The translations under genes were made by a program, and so were the position numbers. DNA of 64,000 bases from the NCBI GenBank assembly GCA_938083505.1, contig CALKCF010000004.1, positions 64,001-128,000 on the forward strand. Direction: 5' to 3'. The notes under the pieces were generated by a model. It had not been told where the DNA came from, searched no databases, and worked only from the letters and a program-made list of their open reading frames with translations. Below are positions 58,654-64,000 of the stretch, piece after piece (position 1 is the first letter of the stretch; each line of letters opens with the position of its first letter). This stretch comes from an uncultured archaeon (GTDB lineage: Archaea > Thermoproteota > Nitrososphaeria_A > Caldarchaeales > Wolframiiraptoraceae).

Positions 58654-59469
58654 GTGATAAAAGCGAAGGCAGCAATATTGACGTCCACAAAGGACACAGC
58701 ATCTATGCTTGTTAGGAAAATCCTGTTAGAAAATTTTGGATTTAAAGAATCTGATTGGTTTTTTAACAGTAATCCTGTCTTTATTAAAAATGACATAATT
58801 CTTGTGACACTTGACATGCCACTAATCCATGCGGAAGGTGTAGACAAAACGTTAGATGTATCCCTTATCGTAGCTGCCTCAAAGCATGTATCGAAGAGTG
58901 GTATAAATGCGCTACTCACACACCCTGTCGGAAATTGGGGCTCAGATATACGTCAAGGCGGTATGGCATTTAAGCTCTCTAGAACGTCTTGCGCAGCTCT
59001 CACAGCATCTTTACTAACGCTCTATGAAGATTCGGGCTCTTTACGGAGCTGGTCCGTCGGTCTTGAAGTAACGCACCATGGTCCATTTAGCACAAAGCCC
59101 TTAATATTCGTGGAATTTGGGGGCCCGGAGAACGAACTAAATAACGTTAGTGCAGCAGAGGCTGTGGCAGCCGCGGCGATTGCTGCCATCGAAAGACCAA
59201 GGCTTTTGGAACCTGCTGTAGGGTTTGGAGGTGGGCATTATGCCCCACTATTTACAAAACTTGTGCTTTCAGGTGAGTATTCATTTGGCCACATGCTACC
59301 GAAATACGCATTTCCAGTAACTAGGGAGATAATATTACAGGCCTTTGAAATGACGGTTGAAAAACCTGATGTGGCTGTCATAGACTGTAATGGTATTCCT
59401 GCTACAGACCGACAAGCGCTTCAATCTATTTTGGAGAAGCTTGAAAAAAAGGTAGCGAAGAAAAAGTGA
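58654..59469 (+). CDS. dtdA: D-aminoacyl-tRNA deacylase (DTD2)
   Basis: S.H, TH..GNW, EVTHHGP, FVE.G and GGGHY. Confidence 0.9.
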   Translation: MIKAKAAILTSTKDTASMLVRKILLENFGFKESDWFFNSNPVFIKNDIILVTLDMPLIHAEGVDKTLDVSLIVAASKHVSKSGINALLTHPVGNWGSDIRQGGMAFKLSRTSCAALTASLLTLYEDSGSLRSWSVGLEVTHHGPFSTKPLIFVEFGGPENELNNVSAAEAVAAAAIAAIERPRLLEPAVGFGGGHYAPLFTKLVLSGEYSFGHMLPKYAFPVTREIILQAFEMTVEKPDVAVIDCNGIPATDRQALQSILEKLEKKVAKKK

Positions 59470-59524
59470 TTTCGTAAAAGGTACAGCAAACTTTTATTAT
59501 CGCATATTCATAAGGGCTGAGTAA

Positions 59525-60088
59525 GTGTTCGTCGACATGAACGAGGTTAAGAAAATAGTGAAGGAATCCACTGTTGCCGAGATCGTATCAGTCAGTGGTG
59601 GAGTAATTGCTGGGATTACGCTCTCAGCCATGACAGGTATAATAAAGGAGATACCTGGGGTAATGGTTGCTATACCAGCGTTCTTAAACATGAGAGGTGC
59701 TGTCTTCACCTCCTTTGGTGCGAGAATATCTACATGGTTACACCTTGGTGAGCTCAAGCCAGTCTACAGAATAAAGGGTTTGGCCCTGGAGGAAGTTGCT
59801 GCATCCTTCGTGCTGGGCGTCTCGCAGTCTATATTGATAGGCTTTCTCGCTTATATTGTCTCCTTCTTCATGGGTGCCATACCGTCCCTGCCTATACTCC
59901 TAGGGCTTTTTACCATAGCAGGCGCCCTGTCGAACATCATACTGATTACGATAACGTACTACTCAGACATCTTCTTATATAAAAGGGGGATAGATCCAGA
60001 GAATGTTATAGGTCCGTACATAACAACCGTCGGCGATACCATAGGCCTTCTTTGTATAATCTTAGCCTATGCGGTGATTATCCCATGA
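59525..60088 (+). CDS. MgtE-type divalent cation transporter membrane domain
   Basis: P....RG....GAR.ST.LHLG and DP.NV..P..TT.GD. Confidence 0.85.
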   Translation: MFVDMNEVKKIVKESTVAEIVSVSGGVIAGITLSAMTGIIKEIPGVMVAIPAFLNMRGAVFTSFGARISTWLHLGELKPVYRIKGLALEEVAASFVLGVSQSILIGFLAYIVSFFMGAIPSLPILLGLFTIAGALSNIILITITYYSDIFLYKRGIDPENVIGPYITTVGDTIGLLCIILAYAVIIP

Positions 60089-60645
60089 GAATAGTCTTCT
60101 GGAAGGTTCTGAAGGAGGGAAGGATATCCTTGACTTTAGCTGCAATCGTCGAGATATTTGCTGGAACTATTTTAGAGATTCATCTTGAGTCCCTTATAGC
60201 TCTACCGATACTGCTTGCGATCATACCACCACTAAATGACATGGTAGGTGACCTTGGAACGATAATTGTTGCAAGGTTAAACACGTCGTTTTATCTCGGT
60301 ACCGTTGATCCAAGGATCCTTAAGAATAAAGGAATGAGAGTAAACTACACGGCTCTATCTCTTGTCAGCGTCATAGTGTGTTTATACATAAGTATTGTAA
60401 TGTTGTCTATCTATGCTTTCCCATATGTAAACCTATCCATAATCGCTACAGTCTTTCAGGTAGTGTTAATAGCTGGAATAATCGCCGTCTCCATTACGCT
60501 CTTTCTAGGCATGCTTCTATCGACTATCAGCTTTAGAAGAGGCCATGACCCAAACGTCATGGTGATGCCCATCATCACAGTCATAGGGGATTTTTTAGGC
60601 ATCATGAGTATCGTACTCGTTGCCAAAATGCTTTCTCTAGCTTAG
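60085..60645 (+). CDS. MgtE-type divalent cation transporter membrane domain (second half)
   Basis: P...MVG.LG....ARL and DP.....P..T..GD. ATGA overlap with the upstream gene. Confidence 0.85.
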   Translation: MRIVFWKVLKEGRISLTLAAIVEIFAGTILEIHLESLIALPILLAIIPPLNDMVGDLGTIIVARLNTSFYLGTVDPRILKNKGMRVNYTALSLVSVIVCLYISIVMLSIYAFPYVNLSIIATVFQVVLIAGIIAVSITLFLGMLLSTISFRRGHDPNVMVMPIITVIGDFLGIMSIVLVAKMLSLA

Positions 60646-60937
60646 CTAACCTCAGCAATTCGAATTTCTTAATGAAAAATTCAGGCCCCTCCAGAAGAGT
60701 CTGTCTACAAAATATGTTAATCCTAAGAAATTTCTGAGAAACATTGCTTCCTATGATGGTAAGTTAATGAAGTGCGAAAATAAGTTTTTAGTCATGTTGG
60801 TTATTCAGATCCAAGAAATCAGTTTCTCCCCGAATGTTCTTTATATAATTACATGTTTTCACACCCTTTATAAATGGACGACATTAAATTATATATCGAG
60901 CTTTCAATGATAAAGATAGTGAGGTTAGGAGGTACAG

Positions 60938-62164
60938 TTGTCTAAAGCCTCCAAACAACGAAAGTTAAAGCCTACAAATTTGAAAGATATATTAATTCAG
61001 ATGAAGGATACCTCAGAATTGATGCTGGACCTTGCCTTCTCTACGATACTCTTTGAGGAGGACTATTTTGCAGAAGAGGTCCTTGAGTTGGAAAAGGAAA
61101 TGACAGAGTTATGCTTCAAAGCAAGAGAAGTCGTTATGATGGCATCGAAGGGCATAAAAGAGGTTGAGAGTCTATCAGCAATCCTTCAAATAATTCAAGC
61201 TGCTGAAAAGTTCAGCAACGCTGCTGTTGAGATTGCGACGATAGAACTTAGGGATATTGGTCTTCCAAAAACGTTCTTCAGGACAATGCACCTAATTGAG
61301 GAAACGATAACGTCCTTAATCGTGCCTGAAAATTCAGCTGCCATTGGAAAACGACTGGATTATATAGAGAAGGAAACAGGTATGCAGATAATCACGATGA
61401 AAAGGGATAATCAGTGGCTGATAAAGCCCGATGGTAAAATAACCTTGAAGGTGGGCGATAGGCTGATAGCAAAAGGACCATTCGAGGCCCTTTCCAATTT
61501 TGAGATTTTCATATTGGGTAAGCACGTAATGATGCCAAGCATATCGGAGTTAATGGAACCTGAATCCCAAAGGAAGATACGTGAAATGTTGGTTGAGATG
61601 ATGAACCTTTCACAACTTTCTGTTGACCTTGCATATTCTTCAACGATATTTTATAGTAAAGAGATAGCCGAAGAAGTGTTAAAAGTGGAGGAAAAGATGG
61701 ACTATATGCAGGAAGCTGTAGAGCATGAGATTCTGCTTTTTGCGAAAGTTACCGATAATGTAAAGCTTCTAAAAGGGTTGCTGAGGCTTGCTTGGGCATT
61801 AGAGACCATAGCCGATGCTAGCGTTGAGATGGCGAACGTCGTACTGAGCAATATAGCTCTGCATCCGGTATTTGTGTTGGCAATGGGAGAAAGCGATGAA
61901 GTGATAAGTAAGATAGAAGTTAAGCCGAATAGCAAGCTGGACAGGCTGACGATTACAGAGTGTGGGCTTCAGTCTAATATGGGAATTCAGATAGTGACCA
62001 TAAGGAAGGCACTCACGGGTAATTGGGAGTACTATCCAAAGGGAGATAGTAAGATAGAAGCAGGCGACGTTCTTATAATAAAGGGTAGCAGGGAGGCGAT
62101 TGAATCCTTTATTAACTTAACCACAACAGAAGAGAGTGTTCCGAATGAATCCAGACAAGTTTAA
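60938..62164 (+). CDS. Tandem PhoU/TrkA-C domain protein
   Basis: Two repeats of MK/MN.S.L..DLA.S...AEEVL..E, each followed by a TrkA-C domain (P.G...GD.L..KG). Confidence 0.82.
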   Translation: MSKASKQRKLKPTNLKDILIQMKDTSELMLDLAFSTILFEEDYFAEEVLELEKEMTELCFKAREVVMMASKGIKEVESLSAILQIIQAAEKFSNAAVEIATIELRDIGLPKTFFRTMHLIEETITSLIVPENSAAIGKRLDYIEKETGMQIITMKRDNQWLIKPDGKITLKVGDRLIAKGPFEALSNFEIFILGKHVMMPSISELMEPESQRKIREMLVEMMNLSQLSVDLAYSSTIFYSKEIAEEVLKVEEKMDYMQEAVEHEILLFAKVTDNVKLLKGLLRLAWALETIADASVEMANVVLSNIALHPVFVLAMGESDEVISKIEVKPNSKLDRLTITECGLQSNMGIQIVTIRKALTGNWEYYPKGDSKIEAGDVLIIKGSREAIESFINLTTTEESVPNESRQV

Positions 62165-62666
62165 TCTGATTGTGACAACTTTAAGGGGTATGGAATCGAT
62201 CTCGGCGTCTGAGTTAGTAGACATACTAAAACGCATGGGTGACCCATCCCCTAAAGTCGAGCAGACCAGGGTCTCAGGGGTTCTAACGGCCAAAACTTCT
62301 CTAAATCCCGTCAATTTGGTCGAGAGGTTGAAGGATATCACCGAAAAGGAGCCATGGTTTGTTAGAAATATACAAAGGGTCATACCTGTCAATGAGGTTG
62401 TCGAAACGAACGCTGAAAGGATAGCTGACGTTGCATCTAAACTTGCCCAAATCATACCTGAGGACCATACCTTCAGAATCACCGTAGAAAAGAGGCACAC
62501 GCAACTTTCGAGTAAAGAGGTAATAGAAGCAGTGGCCGCCAAAATTAACAGAAAGGTCAACTTAGAGAACCCTGATTGGGTCGTTCTAATCGAAATTCTG
62601 GGCGGCTTAACGGGCGTATCTGTAATTAAGCCGGACCAAATATTCAGTGCCTCAAAGCACAGCTAG
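62145..62666 (+). CDS. THUMP-domain RNA-binding protein
   Basis: RVIPV, TFRITVEKR and KVNLENPD..V.IE. Confidence 0.88.
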   Translation: MNPDKFNLIVTTLRGMESISASELVDILKRMGDPSPKVEQTRVSGVLTAKTSLNPVNLVERLKDITEKEPWFVRNIQRVIPVNEVVETNAERIADVASKLAQIIPEDHTFRITVEKRHTQLSSKEVIEAVAAKINRKVNLENPDWVVLIEILGGLTGVSVIKPDQIFSASKHS

Positions 62667-62667
62667 T

Positions 62668-63594
62668 TTAGCCAATATAGCTTCTTGCTATCCTTAACGC
62701 TTTCCTCACAACATCGGTAGCCGACTTACCGAAGACGTACGTCATGGGTTCTAAGCCAACACCTCCTTTATCAAATACAATATCCAGCTCGCCATATTTT
62801 TTGAAAGCTGCAGTAACTGCATCTATCACAGCCTCTTCGTCGCTCACGTCTCCCTTTTCCGTATAGGCTACATTCATTCCTAATTTCTTGGCCGCAAGTT
62901 CGACACCTTCATCACATTTTATATTCATAACAGCTCTAACCTCATTCTTAACTGTTCTAACTCGTAGAAGTACCCTTGCCATATGTTTTGAGGCGCCAAA
63001 CTCAGGCCTACTCATGGGCTTTGGTCGGTCTTTTAGGGCAATGATCCTTCCTGGTATGGCAGCAACGTCCGTTTCGGATCTGGCATCCTTCAACGACACG
63101 GCTATGTTGACCGCTACCTCAGGTATCAACTTCACAAAGTAGCTTGAGCCTTCCAGCATATAGAGTGCGTGCTCTAAATCTCTTAACACCTCAATGTGTT
63201 CGACAGATGGATATGTTGGAGCTTTGAGACATACATGACATTCGCTCAATGAGGGATACATATTCCTATGATATTTACAGAGTAAGCCCTTTGAAAGTAT
63301 TTCTTTCCAAAAGGCATAAAATATCTCGTTTGCCTTTACCGCACCTTCCAATATATCGTTGGAGATGAGCTTTACAAGATTATCCACCTCATCTAAAGGT
63401 ATGCCTATAGACTGAAGCCTCTTCTTGTAATAGTTGGCATCTTTTGATAGGTACAGACTAACGGCCGCTTGTGTTATTCCGAGAAGGGCAGCTATCCTTG
63501 ACTGGCTCATCCCACCTTTCCTGAGCTCAAGCGCAACCAGACCTCTCATTGCTGGTAAAAACTCACGAATCATTATCTCGCATGGAGGGAACAT
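62668..63594 (-). CDS. HTH-ThiN fusion transcriptional regulator (ThiR-like)
   Basis: P.E.....LP.MR, SQ..IA..LGITQAAVS.Y HTH. ThiN motifs IPEV..N, V..IPGRI, FGASKH.A and G..G.EP. Confidence 0.85.
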   Translation of the reverse strand: MFPPCEIMIREFLPAMRGLVALELRKGGMSQSRIAALLGITQAAVSLYLSKDANYYKKRLQSIGIPLDEVDNLVKLISNDILEGAVKANEIFYAFWKEILSKGLLCKYHRNMYPSLSECHVCLKAPTYPSVEHIEVLRDLEHALYMLEGSSYFVKLIPEVAVNIAVSLKDARSETDVAAIPGRIIALKDRPKPMSRPEFGASKHMARVLLRVRTVKNEVRAVMNIKCDEGVELAAKKLGMNVAYTEKGDVSDEEAVIDAVTAAFKKYGELDIVFDKGGVGLEPMTYVFGKSATDVVRKALRIARSYIG

Positions 63595-63701
63595 TTCGTC
63601 CTGATATTGTTATGGTTGCAGTAGTTTATAACCTTCTGTTTAGAAACAGTAAATGTATTTGTCTGACTATTCTTCTGTCTTTTTATGAAGGCTGAGATGC
63701 T

Positions 63702-64000
63702 TTGGTCCACACAATGTGGCTTCCAAATATAATAATTATCGGAAGAGGTTTGAAGGATAAGGTCGCCGAGGTCGCGCTTACAGCATCAAACGGTCAGCCG
63801 GTACTCATCGTTACGGGAAAGACCGCCTACAGTATATATGGGCGCACGGTTTCCGAAGCGATAGGAGAAAGAATCGATATTGAAGTTCACCAAGTTGGGG
63901 CAGATTTTTCCCAGGAGTTAAAAATTATCCACACGATTCTCTCTAAAAAAAGGTTTGGCGCAGTCGTAGGAATAGGTGGTGGTAAGGTAATAGACATATC
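63702..64000 (+). CDS. egsA: sn-glycerol-1-phosphate dehydrogenase, 3'-truncated by window edge
   Basis: Manual translation gives H.M.LP..I.IG.G ... LIVTG ... VVGIGGGKVIDI. Confidence 0.8.
   Translation, partial: MVHTMWLPNIIIIGRGLKDKVAEVALTASNGQPVLIVTGKTAYSIYGRTVSEAIGERIDIEVHQVGADFSQELKIIHTILSKKRFGAVVGIGGGKVIDI

Noticed and set aside
58393-58919. Large head-to-head overlap between the methyltransferase and dtdA ORFs
   Set aside because: Artefact of over-extended starts. Homology begins near 58616 (-) and 58654 (+).
63614-63624. 11-nt identity to the D guide of the sRNA at 13475
   Set aside because: It lies between the likely TATA box and start site of the ThiR-like gene, so it is probably not transcribed. 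A chance match is plausible.
1-64000. CRISPR arrays, IS elements, integrases, rRNA, att-site duplications of tRNA 3' ends
   Set aside because: None were seen on reading the window. Short att copies could have been missed by eye.

Overview
Chromosomal DNA of a TACK-group archaeon, probably thermophilic and possibly Aigarchaeota/Caldarchaeales-like. The lineage call is inferred from the Gins23-MCM-Hel308 order, a crenarchaeal single-OB SSB, class I LysRS, a crenarchaeal-type arginine decarboxylase and non-canonical tRNA introns. Most of the window is housekeeping: replication and repair, translation, purine synthesis, Mo/W cofactor, transporters and regulators. Several accessory genes are decaying or frameshifted. 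Non-coding features not in the ORF track: tRNA-Ser(GCT) with an apparent 10-nt D-loop intron; tRNA-Cys(GCA) with an apparent intron at position 8/9 and an upstream duplicate of its acceptor strand; three convincing C/D-box sRNAs, one with a guide matching the 23S peptidyl-transferase centre. The strongest candidate for an undescribed system is at 42854-43474. There, an 88-aa protein aligns by eye with the Sulfolobus centromere-binding protein SegB but has no adjacent segA. It is preceded by four AAGGT-NN-ACCT(T/A) palindromes arranged as two pairs, each with exactly 21-bp spacing. No CRISPR array, rRNA, transposase or integrase was seen. All family calls come from motif recognition, not database searches.
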